This document shows positions 1 through 9,556 of a stretch of 64,000 nt of DNA, one piece after another (the stretch's first letter is position 1; every line of letters begins with the position of its first letter). Source of the stretch: an uncultured Muribaculaceae bacterium. GTDB lineage: Bacteria > Bacteroidota > Bacteroidia > Bacteroidales > Muribaculaceae. Where the stretch lies: contig CALUMJ010000003.1 of assembly GCA_944321715.1 (NCBI GenBank), positions 22,567 to 86,566 on the forward strand, read 5' to 3'. A program made the position numbers and the translations under genes. The notes under the pieces were generated by a model, which saw only the letters and a program-made list of their open reading frames with translations, ran no database searches and was not told the DNA's origin.

Positions 1-2
1 CT

Positions 3-878
3 ATGGAAACAGCACGGCAGTGGGCCGATGAGGGCAAGACGGTGGTTTATTTTGCCGACGGCAGCAAGTTGCTTGCCGCATTTGCCATTACCGACCGCAT
101 CAAAGCGACCTCGGCGGAGGCAGTGAAAGAATTGCGAGCCGATGGCATAGAAGTGTATATGCTCACCGGCGACAATGAAAGTGCCGCACGGCAAGTGGCC
201 ATGCTGGCTGGAATCGAGCATTATCGTGCACAGGTGCGCCCTGATGGCAAAGCTGCATTTGTGAAGCAGTTGCAGCGGCAAGGGCATCATGTGGCGATGG
301 TGGGCGACGGCATCAACGACAGTGCCGCCCTTGCGCAGGCCGACTTGAGCATAGCGATGGGGCAGGGCAGCGACATAGCGATGGACACGGCTCACGTCAC
401 CATATTGTCGTCCGACTTGCTGAAAGTGCATGAAACCATAAAATTGTCGCGGCTGACTGTTCGCACCATCCGTCAAAACCTGTTCTGGGCGTTCATCTAC
501 AATTCGATAGGCATTCCGGTAGCTGCAGGGGTGCTATATCCGCTGTGCGGCTTCCTGCTCAACCCGATGATTGGTGGACTTGCGATGGCGATGAGTAGCG
601 TGAGCGTCGTAACCAACAGCTTGAGGCTCAAAAGCAAACGAATAACAACACAAACACAAACAAATAAAACGATGGAAAAGACGTATAAAATCGAGGGAAT
701 GATGTGCAACCATTGCCGTATGCACGTAGAGAAAGCATTGAATGCCGTGGACGGAGTGGAATCGGCTGCTGTGACGCTTGAACCGCCAGTAGCGACCGTT
801 CGATATAAGGGCGAGCCTGTGTCGCTCGACGTGTTGCAAAAGGCGTTGGACGAAGCTGGCGGTTATAAAATATCCTAA
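3..878 (+). CDS. copA: heavy-metal (Cu-type) translocating P-type ATPase, 3' part (5' end lies outside the window), with an in-frame C-terminal HMA domain
   Basis: ORF is open to the window edge. It has the P-type hinge motif VGDGINDSAAL and terminal TM helices, followed from nt 672 by MEKTYKIEGMMCNHC (MxCxxC heavy-metal-associated fold). Confidence 0.9.
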   Translation: METARQWADEGKTVVYFADGSKLLAAFAITDRIKATSAEAVKELRADGIEVYMLTGDNESAARQVAMLAGIEHYRAQVRPDGKAAFVKQLQRQGHHVAMVGDGINDSAALAQADLSIAMGQGSDIAMDTAHVTILSSDLLKVHETIKLSRLTVRTIRQNLFWAFIYNSIGIPVAAGVLYPLCGFLLNPMIGGLAMAMSSVSVVTNSLRLKSKRITTQTQTNKTMEKTYKIEGMMCNHCRMHVEKALNAVDGVESAAVTLEPPVATVRYKGEPVSLDVLQKALDEAGGYKIS

Positions 879-891
879 GAAACCACGTTTC

Positions 892-901
892 GGGGGGGGG
901 G
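892..901. repeat. G10 homopolymer tract between copA and the DUF456 gene
   Basis: Ten consecutive G residues, 14 nt after the copA stop and 42 nt before ATG 943. Confidence 0.9.
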
Positions 902-942
902 CGTTCCAAAATTTAGACCGACTGAATTTCGGCACACCCTCT

Positions 943-1428
943 ATGTTTTTCGTTATGGATATACTGTTAATAGTGGTGGGGGCTATATGCCTCGTGGTGG
1001 GCTTGCTGGGCTGCATCTTACCGATGCTCCCGGGGCCTCCGCTGTCGTATGTCGGCATTCTGTTGCTGCATTTTACGAGCAAGGTTGATTTCACGCCTAC
1101 CGAGTTGCTTGTGTGGCTTGCCGTGGTGGTAGTAGTGCAATTGCTCGACTACTTCATACCGATGATGGGTACGAAATACCTCGGCGGCAGCAAATGGGGT
1201 TCGCGCGGCTGTGTCGTAGGCACCATTGTAGGGCTTTTCTTTATGCCCTGGGGCATCGTAGTGGGGCCTTTCCTTGGAGCCTTGGTGGGAGAGTTGCTTG
1301 GCGGCGGCACGACAAGCGCGGCCATCAAGTCGGGCATTGGCTCGTTGGTGGGCTTCTTGGCCGGCACAGTGCTTAAATGCGTCGTTTGTGGCTATTTTAT
1401 ATGGCAGTTTGCCGCAGCGTTGTTGTGA
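943..1428 (+). CDS. DUF456-like small integral membrane protein
   Basis: 161-aa ORF that is almost entirely hydrophobic and Gly-rich, with several TM helices. The family call is from memory of DUF456 proteins. Confidence 0.7.
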   Translation: MFFVMDILLIVVGAICLVVGLLGCILPMLPGPPLSYVGILLLHFTSKVDFTPTELLVWLAVVVVVQLLDYFIPMMGTKYLGGSKWGSRGCVVGTIVGLFFMPWGIVVGPFLGALVGELLGGGTTSAAIKSGIGSLVGFLAGTVLKCVVCGYFIWQFAAALL

Positions 1429-1432
1429 CGGT

Positions 1433-1981
1433 TTATTCGGCAGCCTCAGGAACTATGAAAATCGAGAAATTCACGCTGCCATACGCCCTGTGCTGGGCAA
1501 AATAGGGCAGGTGTGAGAAGTCGTTGTTGCGCGAGTGTTCCATGACGAACACCGTTCCCGGTTTTACCAATGGCGACGACAGCACTAATTGCGGCACTTC
1601 GGGCAACCGTGGCAGGTCGTATGGCGGGTCGGCGAAGATGAAATCATAGCTGCGACCGCAAGTTTCTATAAACTTGAACACATCGCCGCGGAGCGGTTGC
1701 ACCTCGTCGGCATTCAGTTGCTGCTTCACTTGCATTATGAAGCGGTATTGCACGGTGGCTTTTTCCACGCAGGTCACCAAGCTGCAACCGCGCGATGCCA
1801 GCTCGAAGCTCACTGCGCCGGTTCCGGCAAACAGGTCGAGAGCCGATGCGCCATCAAGGTCGATGAGGTTGTCGATGACGTTAAAGATATTTTCCCGGGC
1901 AAAGTCGGTGGTTGGGCGAGCCGTGATGTTGTGTGGCACGTCGAATCGGCGTCGGCCATATCGTCCTCGAATTATTCTCAT
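1433..1981 (-). CDS. rsmD: 16S rRNA (guanine966-N2)-methyltransferase RsmD
   Basis: SAM-binding motif LDLFAGTGAVSFELASRG and FADPPY motif. Length is 182 aa. Confidence 0.9.
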   Translation of the reverse strand: MRIIRGRYGRRRFDVPHNITARPTTDFARENIFNVIDNLIDLDGASALDLFAGTGAVSFELASRGCSLVTCVEKATVQYRFIMQVKQQLNADEVQPLRGDVFKFIETCGRSYDFIFADPPYDLPRLPEVPQLVLSSPLVKPGTVFVMEHSRNNDFSHLPYFAQHRAYGSVNFSIFIVPEAAE

Positions 1982-2811
1982 ATAGCCAAAATTAAAAGGT
2001 TTAACGGAGCTTTTGCAGCATCTGAAGCCATTCTCATTGCTGCAGGAGGTACCATTACAGGAACTACGTAGGTGACGTATTCGCGCAAGCGTGGTGTGAT
2101 GGCATTGCGCACTGCCTTGTCGCCTGCAAGTTGTATTTCGTCGCTTCGCACGTCAAGTCCCAGCATGTTCCACACTGCGAGTATGTAGAATATGGCATCG
2201 TCGTTGGTGCGGCATACATACGTGTTGGCCATTTGCAGTTGCCCGCGCCTGTATGCACACACGTCGATGCGTCCGTTGCGAATGTATGCGGCAACTTTGC
2301 TTATGTTTGACGTGTTGGTCTTTCCGCGGAAGTATGAGCACATCGTTTCTATGTGCAGCCTGACGGTGGCGTTGCTGAAAGTGCGGCGCAAGAATTGGTG
2401 CAGCCCTTGTGGCAGCATGAAAGCTACGTCGGCGCGGCAGTTGTTGCCACGTGATACCACAAAGTCGCCGCTTGCGTCGGGAAACGCCACGTCGAATGCG
2501 CGTCGGGCATCTTCGTCGGTTCCATATCCTGGGGGGAGGAAAATAAATTGCATGGAATCGACACTCACATTGATGCGCTTGAACTCGTTGAGTAGCAATG
2601 GATTGTCATACACGGTATTCTCCACGGCCCGTAGCCGCTCGTCATCATCGCTCCATTTGCCTATCTCAATGTCGCGGCAGATTAGTGAGTCGTGTTCCTT
2701 GTCGTTGTGCAGCATGAAGTGTATGTGCCTGTCATCGACAAATAGCGTGAGCGTCCACAAGTGTGGATTCTCTATTTTTATGTCGTTTGTAGTGTCGGAA
2801 AGGCTGCTCAT
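1978..2811 (-). CDS. DUF3822-like protein
   Basis: 277-aa ORF with 4-nt overlaps to both neighbours. It sits just upstream of rsmD, as DUF3822 genes do in Bacteroidota. The family call is from memory. Confidence 0.6.
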   Translation of the reverse strand: MSSLSDTTNDIKIENPHLWTLTLFVDDRHIHFMLHNDKEHDSLICRDIEIGKWSDDDERLRAVENTVYDNPLLLNEFKRINVSVDSMQFIFLPPGYGTDEDARRAFDVAFPDASGDFVVSRGNNCRADVAFMLPQGLHQFLRRTFSNATVRLHIETMCSYFRGKTNTSNISKVAAYIRNGRIDVCAYRRGQLQMANTYVCRTNDDAIFYILAVWNMLGLDVRSDEIQLAGDKAVRNAITPRLREYVTYVVPVMVPPAAMRMASDAAKAPLNLLILAI

Positions 2812-3290
2812 TTTTCTTGTGTTTCATCAGTTGCCGCATTGCTGCGCTTGTGATAGAAGCGTATTTCGCGCGCATGGAACTTGTTGAACTTGAATGGCAA
2901 TACCGACACAGCGGCCGAAATGAGCGAAAGGATTAGTGTAGCATAACCGATGTAGAACCCTATGCCGAGCGATTCGATTTTGAAGAACTCGGGTTGCTGG
3001 ATTAACACCAAATTGCGAGCATCGACGTAGAAATATATGCCGAAGCATATAAGCACGGCCACAGCAATGCCCCAAAAGCGGTTTTTCATGCAATTGAGGC
3101 TGATGGCGGCAAATGTGGTGATAAAAGGAATGAGCGAGAAAATCTGCTTCAGCAGCTCGTCGCTGTTGGTGATGGTGTGGGAAGTATAGTCAAAGCCCGT
3201 TTGCCCTCCTACGAGCGACACGTCGAATATGGGCAAGAACGTGTAAACGATGATATATATGACTAATAATATGTTGGTAATCGGTTTCAT
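2808..3290 (-). CDS. hypothetical membrane protein
   Basis: 160-aa ORF with 4-5 hydrophobic helices. It is the first gene of the three-gene string ending in rsmD. Confidence 0.55.
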   Translation of the reverse strand: MKPITNILLVIYIIVYTFLPIFDVSLVGGQTGFDYTSHTITNSDELLKQIFSLIPFITTFAAISLNCMKNRFWGIAVAVLICFGIYFYVDARNLVLIQQPEFFKIESLGIGFYIGYATLILSLISAAVSVLPFKFNKFHAREIRFYHKRSNAATDETQEK

Positions 3291-3460
3291 GACGAGTGTA
3301 TTTGTGTGCGTCCGTGCCTCGTGGCGGAGTGTTGTGAAACATCGAGTGGCACAGACCGTTTATTTTGCGAATTTACAAATTTCCTACCATACAATCGATT
3401 CAAAGCCTTAAAAAAATATGGTCGGGCGGTGTTGCCGGGGGGCGATTTTACTGCTGGCGG

Positions 3461-4852
3461 CTATTTGGCTGTTTTGGCGGCGAATGCAGGAAAATGGCTC
3501 AAGTGCTTGCGGCACAGCGACAGCAAGTCGTTGCGGTTGACAGGTTTCACCAAGTAGTCGGATGCACCGGCAGCCATTGCATCGTCGATTTCCGACTTTG
3601 ACCCCGATGGCAATATGGCCACGATGGGTGTTGCCTCTGATAGGTCGTGGATGCTCTTGATGGCGCGCAACCCGTTGTCCGACGACAGGTTGACACCTGC
3701 CAGCACCATGTTTACGGGCTTGTTTTTGCACGTGGCGAGGGCTTCGTCGGCTGTGCGGGCATGTAGCAGCCACAGGTTGGCACCGAGTCGCTCGGTAAGC
3801 ACTTTAAGGTACAGGAACGATGTACTTTCGGCCTCGACAATCAGCACGGTAGGGTAATTAGGGTCGGCAATCACTGCACTTGAAGTTGCTGCCTTGTCGT
3901 CGATTTTCAACGGCAGCCTCAGTGTGAAAGTCGTGCCTACGCCCAGCGTTGACTTGAACGATAGCGAGCCGTGCAGCAGGCATGCGTTGCGTTGAGCGAT
4001 TGTGAGGCCCAGCCCCATTTTCTCGTGCAGGTTCATGATGTCGGGTTGCTTGTTTTCGAATATTTGGGTTATGAGCATCTGTCGCCGTTGAGGAATGCCT
4101 ATGCCCGTGTCGTTGACCGAGATGAGCATGCTTTGCCGGTCGTCGGCGATGCGGTAGCCGAATGTGATGCGGCCCTGCGCGGTGTATTTGAGCGAGTTTT
4201 CGAGCAGGTGGTAAACAATCTTTGAAATGCGCTCGCGGTCGCTCACTATGTGGCTGTCCTCGTCTTTAAGTGGCAGGACTATATTAATCGATACGGCCCT
4301 TTCGCTCATGATAATCTTGAAGTCGTTGTAGATGTCGCGAAGCAGGTCGTTGATGCACACGTCGCCAACATTGATGTGCGAACCTAATGATGAATATGAT
4401 TTTGAGAAGTCGGTGATGTCGTCTATTGCCTGTTTCATTTTCAGGGCCGAGTGGCTTATGATTTTGCCATATCGTGCAATTTCCTCGGTCTTTAAATTGG
4501 GGTCAAGCAGCGTCGATGTTAGGTCTTCGATGGTGTTAATGGGCGTTTTGAGTTCACGTGTGAGGTTCTCGATGAAGGCGGCGCGGTAGGCATTGAGCTT
4601 GTCGGCTTCCTCCTTGGAACGCATCAATTCCTCGTTGAGGGCGGCTATGGTCTGGTTGGTAATCTTCATGTAGCGTTTGAGCTTACGGTTGCGCAATGTC
4701 GATGTGATGACAAATGCCACGATAAGCACGGCCGCCACAATGGCGGCAAGCATGAAAGGCGATAGTGCGCCCTCGTTGAGTAGAAGTGCGTCGGTCATCT
4801 TGTTACTGCAATTTTTCTGCAAAGGAAAGGTTTTTTTGTCAATTGGGAGCAT
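3461..4852 (-). CDS. hybrid sensor histidine kinase/response regulator-like protein (degenerate phosphorelay residues)
   Basis: One N-terminal TM helix and a coiled coil, then a HisKA-like box FIENLTRELKTPIN. HATPase_c N, G1 and G2 boxes are present (LLENSLKYT, DTGIGI, GLGLTIA). The C-terminal receiver-like domain ends in DYLVKP. Confidence 0.85.
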   Translation of the reverse strand: MLPIDKKTFPLQKNCSNKMTDALLLNEGALSPFMLAAIVAAVLIVAFVITSTLRNRKLKRYMKITNQTIAALNEELMRSKEEADKLNAYRAAFIENLTRELKTPINTIEDLTSTLLDPNLKTEEIARYGKIISHSALKMKQAIDDITDFSKSYSSLGSHINVGDVCINDLLRDIYNDFKIIMSERAVSINIVLPLKDEDSHIVSDRERISKIVYHLLENSLKYTAQGRITFGYRIADDRQSMLISVNDTGIGIPQRRQMLITQIFENKQPDIMNLHEKMGLGLTIAQRNACLLHGSLSFKSTLGVGTTFTLRLPLKIDDKAATSSAVIADPNYPTVLIVEAESTSFLYLKVLTERLGANLWLLHARTADEALATCKNKPVNMVLAGVNLSSDNGLRAIKSIHDLSEATPIVAILPSGSKSEIDDAMAAGASDYLVKPVNRNDLLSLCRKHLSHFPAFAAKTAK

Positions 4853-4960
4853 TTCATGCCTTTTTTTCGATTCGTCACGATGGCAGAAGCATGAAATTCA
4901 TTGGTTGTGCCATGTTTTGGCGCAACTGCCGCTTTATTTTGCAACAAATCTCAATAAGAT

Positions 4961-5455
4961 ATGGCGCAGAAAAGTTATCCAAATGTAATCATTCCCCAGC
5001 ATGGCAGGGGATTCTTCGGTATAGGCATTTATGCCGCAAAGGTGTCGCATAACATCGGCACACTGTGGCGTTCGGCCGACGTGATGGGTGCCGATTTCAT
5101 GTTCATCATAGGCAAGCGTTACTCTACAATGAAAACCGACACCCTTAAAAGCTGGAAGCATATTCCACTTTTCGAATATGAGAGCTTCGAGCAATTCAGG
5201 TCGTCGCTGCCCAAAGATGCCCGGCTTGTGGGCATAGAACTCGACGAGCGCAGTGTGCCGCTCATGGGCTACCGCCATCCCGAGCGGGCTGTTTACCTGC
5301 TTGGAGCCGAGGATTATGGGTTGCCGCAGTCGGTGCTTGAGTGCTGCGACGATGTGGTGCAACTGCCCGGCCGCTTCTCGCTTAATGTGTCGGTAGCAGG
5401 TTCGATAGTTCTGTATGACAGGATATTGAAAATTGCCGAACGTGTGCAGCAGTAG
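4961..5455 (+). CDS. SpoU/TrmH-family RNA 2'-O-methyltransferase
   Basis: 164-aa ORF with the C-terminal SPOUT knot motifs LLGAEDYGLP and SLNVSVAGSIVLYD. Confidence 0.8.
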   Translation: MAQKSYPNVIIPQHGRGFFGIGIYAAKVSHNIGTLWRSADVMGADFMFIIGKRYSTMKTDTLKSWKHIPLFEYESFEQFRSSLPKDARLVGIELDERSVPLMGYRHPERAVYLLGAEDYGLPQSVLECCDDVVQLPGRFSLNVSVAGSIVLYDRILKIAERVQQ

Positions 5456-5464
5456 CTGTTGCGA

Positions 5465-5755
5465 TTATTCGCGACCCTGCTGGTTGTCCAAGCCCCATTG
5501 CTTGTTTGGGCGTGTTCCAAGCACGATGTGCAGTTCGCCGACGTTTATGATGTCGCTGTGTTCTATGTAGCTGCGGTTGTAGGGCTTGCCGTTCAATGTG
5601 GCCGATTGTATGTAACAAGCATCGGGGCTGTTGCCCTCGGTGGAGATTACAAACCGGTCGGCATTGGCATATCGGCGGTCGAGTGTGATTTCAATGCGGT
5701 CAAACACTGGGGCTGTAAGCTCGTAACGGGTGGTGCCGTGATGCCAATGGCGCAA
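5465..5755 (-). pseudogene. relic of the last ~95 codons of a GH92 alpha-mannosidase
   Basis: The translation (FVISTEGNSPDACYIQSATLNGKPYNRSYIEHSDI...LGTRPNKQWG) matches the conserved C-terminus of ~750-aa GH92 enzymes. The remainder of the gene is absent. Confidence 0.6.
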
Positions 5756-5805
5756 GACAGTGCGGCAGCAAGAGTTTGTCGGAGGTTCATAATATGGCGG
5801 AGATG

Positions 5806-6951
5806 TTATTTTACGAAAATGGCGGTGAAGCGGCTACGCGACATGAGCCATGTGATGGCTGTGCTGATGGCAAACGTGGTGGCGGCGATGGCGATGATGC
5901 GCAGCCAGTAGGGCATGGCGGCAGTGTCATACAGGTCGTAACCCAAGAATATGAACGCGAAATGGCACAGGTAGATGCCGAAAGTGAGCGATGCCAGCCG
6001 CGACAACCACCGGCGCGGACGCATACCCCAGCGTTGCACTATGACGAAAACCGGCAGTGTCATCATGAACACGTTGATGCCGGTGAAGTACCACACTATT
6101 TCCAAGTAGGCATAGTTGCCCGGGAAATGCTCTTGCGTGAGAATGTAGCCGCCAGCGGTGGCCGCATATCCCACGATGAACATCGGTACCATTGTTGCCA
6201 ATGTCTTGCCTTTGCTCCATGTCACTGGGTATTTCTTGAGGTAGAAAGCAAGGATGAGATAGCCCACGAACCCCGAGAAGTAATAGAACGTGCCGTAAAT
6301 GTTCCAGTCGCACATGCCTAATAATTCCATATTGCCGAAGTTGCCTTGGTAGCCAAGCACGGGCGCGAGCATTTTCAAGTAGGGGAGGCACAGCGACACG
6401 CCCCACAGGGCGAGTACCGTGCTCAATTCCTTGCGCGAGGCTTGCACGAGCCAGCAATTGAGGATAGGCATTAGCAGGTAAAGCCCTATGAGCATATATA
6501 AGTACCATAGCGGCGTGGAGTCGAAGTTGAAATTGAAAATGAATGTGTAGATGCGTTGCACCATCAGCATCGGTGTGTATGCATCGACCGAGATTTGTGG
6601 GTTGCGGGTGTCGGGGTTTATGAAATTGAAGTACACGAACATCAGCACTGGCAACACCACCGACCAGAATATGAGTGGCGGAATGATGCGTCCTACGCGC
6701 TTGCGGTAGAACGATGTGAGGTCGCTTCCAGTGGCTACGGGCAGCAGAAGTACACCCGTCATCATCACAAAGAGTGGCACACAGGCGCGCACAAGGCTGC
6801 CGCATAACGTGCCGGTGAGAAACGACGCGCGGTCGGCATCGAATTGTGCCACGAAGGCATCACAACTATGAGAAAATACTACAAGGAAGCATGCGATTAC
6901 TCGCAACAGGTCAATCCAACCAATCTTTTCGTGTTTTACAGAATCCATCAA
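5806..6951 (-). CDS. acyltransferase family 3 (membrane O-acyltransferase)
   Basis: 381 aa, roughly 10 TM helices, and the N-terminal signature IGWIDLLRVIACFLVVFSHS. Confidence 0.8.
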   Translation of the reverse strand: MMDSVKHEKIGWIDLLRVIACFLVVFSHSCDAFVAQFDADRASFLTGTLCGSLVRACVPLFVMMTGVLLLPVATGSDLTSFYRKRVGRIIPPLIFWSVVLPVLMFVYFNFINPDTRNPQISVDAYTPMLMVQRIYTFIFNFNFDSTPLWYLYMLIGLYLLMPILNCWLVQASRKELSTVLALWGVSLCLPYLKMLAPVLGYQGNFGNMELLGMCDWNIYGTFYYFSGFVGYLILAFYLKKYPVTWSKGKTLATMVPMFIVGYAATAGGYILTQEHFPGNYAYLEIVWYFTGINVFMMTLPVFVIVQRWGMRPRRWLSRLASLTFGIYLCHFAFIFLGYDLYDTAAMPYWLRIIAIAATTFAISTAITWLMSRSRFTAIFVK

Positions 6952-7143
6952 TGAAAATTAGTTTTAGGCAAATTGTTAATATAGCGGTAAAGATACTGCT
7001 AAATGTGCATAGAGGGCAATGTAAAATCGTCAAAAATTGCAATGCTTGCAGCACTATCGGTATTCGACGGCACAAAAAATAGAGGTGCGCCAAATTTGAC
7101 AAGCAAATTGGCACACCCCCGTTCAAGTATGAAACAGATTTTG

Positions 7144-9453
7144 TTATTTGTCGTTTGATGCGCTGGAACCCATCTTTTGGTAAACGGCGGCATCAATCAC
7201 GGCCACTGTGGTGAGGTTGACGATGTCGCGCACCGAAGCATCGATTGTGGTCATGTGCACAGGCTTGTTAAGGCCTATCTGTATAGGGCCGATGATTTCG
7301 GCCGAACCCATTTCGAGCAGGGTGCGGTAGGCGGTGTTTGCCGAGCTTAGGTTGGGGAACACCAGCGTGTTGACATCTTTCCCTTTCAGACGGTTGAATG
7401 GGAAGTTCTTGTCGCGCAATTTTTTATTGAGTGCATAGTGCACTTGCATTTCACCGTCGATGAGCAGGTCGGGGTAGCGTTGCTGCATGATTTCGACAGC
7501 TTCGTGTACCATGCGCGGGCTCTTGAGGTCCATGTTTGAGCCGAAGTTGCTGTACGACAGCATTGCAATTACCGGTTCCTGGGCAAAATACTCTACGGCA
7601 GTACGTGCCAAGCGAGCTATATCGACAAGAGTGTCGGTGTCGTTGTCGGCGTTGATTGAAGTGTCGGCAAGGAAGTAAGTGCCGCGGCGAGTGTTCATGA
7701 TGTGCATCGTGGCAAAGTGGTTGAAGCTCGGGCGTATGCCAATCACGTTTTTGGCTATTTCGGCCACTTGGCGGCGGTTGCTCGGGTATGAGCCGGTAAT
7801 CATGGCATCGGCTTCGCCGGTTTCTACCATCATCATGCCGAAGTAATTGCGGTCAAACATGTTTTCACGAGCCTCGGGCAGCGTCACGCCGTTGCGCTGG
7901 CGCTTCTCGGTGAGGATTTGTGCATATCGTTCGCGGCGGTCGGCTTCGCGGTCGTGGCGCAAGTTCACGATTTCGATGCCGTCGATGTTCAATCCCAACT
8001 TGTCGGCACGTTTGGCAATCATTTCTTCGTTTCCGAGCAGGATAGGTATGCAGATGCCCTCGTTTCGTGCCAGCACGGCGGCTTGCAACATATTGTTGGT
8101 GTTGGCTTCGGCAAATACCACGCGTTGCGGATTCTTCTTGGCTTCCTCGGTGAATCGGCGCATCAGCTGGTTGTCAAATCCCATTATTGAGCGCAGACGC
8201 GAGCGGTAGGCATCCCAGTCGGTGATTGGACGCGTTGCGACACCCGATTCCATTGCTGCGCGAGCTACGGCGGGCGACACGGTCGTAATCAAGCGTGGGT
8301 CGAGTGCTTTTGGCAAGATGTATTCTTTGCCAAACTTCAGCCCTTCCATTTCGTATGCGGCATTTACAACCGATGGCACAGGTTGCTTGGCCAGCTCGGC
8401 AATTGCATACACGGCGGCATGTTTCATTTCCTCGTTGATGGCTGTTGCGCCGCAGTCGAGTGCGCCACGGAATATGTATGGGAATCCCAGCACGTTGTTG
8501 ATTTGGTTGGGGTAGTCCGAACGGCCGGTTGCCATTATGATGTCGTCGCGAGTCTGCACGGCGGTGTTGTAATCAATCTCGGGGTCGGGATTGGCGAGAG
8601 CAAACACGATGGGTTTCGGAGCCATTGTCAGCAGCATTTCGGGAGTTACTACGTCTTTCACCGACAATCCCAAGAACACGTCGGCACCCACCATTGCTTC
8701 GGCGAGAGTGTCGATGTCACGGTCGGTAACGAACTCTTGTTTCTGTGGGTTGAGTCCTGTGCGTTTGCGGTTTAGTACGCCCTTGCTGTCGCACATCACC
8801 ACGTTTTCCTTCTTGATGCCTAATGCGATGTAGAGTCGAGTGCAAGACACGGCGGCTGCGCCGGCACCGTTCACGACGAGTTTCACTTCGTCGATTTTCT
8901 TGCCTTGTATTTCAAGGGCATTGAGCAGCCCGGCTGCCGAGATGATGGCAGTTCCGTGCTGGTCGTCGTGCATGACTGGTATGTTGCACTCTTCTTTCAG
9001 GCGGCGTTCGATTTCAAAGCATTGCGGGGCTTTGATGTCTTCGAGGTTTATGCCGCCGAATGTGGGTGCAATGGCTTTTACTACTTGGATGAATTTTTCG
9101 GGGTCTTTTTCGTCCACTTCAATGTCGAAACAATCAAGTCCAGAGAAAATCTTGAACAGCAAGGCTTTCCCCTCCATCACAGGCTTGCCGGCGAGTGCGC
9201 CGATGTCGCCCAATCCCAGCACGGCTGTGCCGTTTGAGATGACGGCGACAAGGTTGCCCTTATTGGTGTATTCGTAGGCATCATGCTGGTTAGCTTCGAT
9301 TTCGGTGCATGGATATGCCACCCCGGGAGAATAGGCCAGCGAGAGGTCGGATTGAGAGGAATACGGAACCGTAGGTTCAATTTCGATTTTGCCGGGCCTT
9401 CCGTTGTTTTTGTGGTAGGCCAAGGCCATTTCTTTGGTAACTTTTGTTGACAT
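7144..9453 (-). CDS. maeB: NADP-dependent malic enzyme (malic enzyme plus PTA-like C-terminal domain)
   Basis: 769 aa. The N-terminal malic-enzyme and NAD-binding motifs (VISNGTAVLGLGDIG, VVNGAGAAA) are followed by a ~330-aa phosphate-acetyltransferase-like domain. Confidence 0.95.
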   Translation of the reverse strand: MSTKVTKEMALAYHKNNGRPGKIEIEPTVPYSSQSDLSLAYSPGVAYPCTEIEANQHDAYEYTNKGNLVAVISNGTAVLGLGDIGALAGKPVMEGKALLFKIFSGLDCFDIEVDEKDPEKFIQVVKAIAPTFGGINLEDIKAPQCFEIERRLKEECNIPVMHDDQHGTAIISAAGLLNALEIQGKKIDEVKLVVNGAGAAAVSCTRLYIALGIKKENVVMCDSKGVLNRKRTGLNPQKQEFVTDRDIDTLAEAMVGADVFLGLSVKDVVTPEMLLTMAPKPIVFALANPDPEIDYNTAVQTRDDIIMATGRSDYPNQINNVLGFPYIFRGALDCGATAINEEMKHAAVYAIAELAKQPVPSVVNAAYEMEGLKFGKEYILPKALDPRLITTVSPAVARAAMESGVATRPITDWDAYRSRLRSIMGFDNQLMRRFTEEAKKNPQRVVFAEANTNNMLQAAVLARNEGICIPILLGNEEMIAKRADKLGLNIDGIEIVNLRHDREADRRERYAQILTEKRQRNGVTLPEARENMFDRNYFGMMMVETGEADAMITGSYPSNRRQVAEIAKNVIGIRPSFNHFATMHIMNTRRGTYFLADTSINADNDTDTLVDIARLARTAVEYFAQEPVIAMLSYSNFGSNMDLKSPRMVHEAVEIMQQRYPDLLIDGEMQVHYALNKKLRDKNFPFNRLKGKDVNTLVFPNLSSANTAYRTLLEMGSAEIIGPIQIGLNKPVHMTTIDASVRDIVNLTTVAVIDAAVYQKMGSSASNDK

Positions 9454-9548
9454 ATTGATAAATAAAAAAATTATATTCGTTTCTTTTGAGGAATTTTGGC
9501 TTCGATTCCTCGTTATAGCAAGCGTTTTTGATTTATTATTCTCACTTG

Positions 9549-9556
9549 CAAAGTTA
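9549..9556 (-). promoter_or_regulatory. candidate -7 box (TAACTTTG) for maeB
   Basis: Matches the Bacteroides primary-sigma consensus TAnnTTTG, 96 nt upstream of the ATG. Random matches are expected about 30 times in the window, so position is the main support. Confidence 0.4.
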
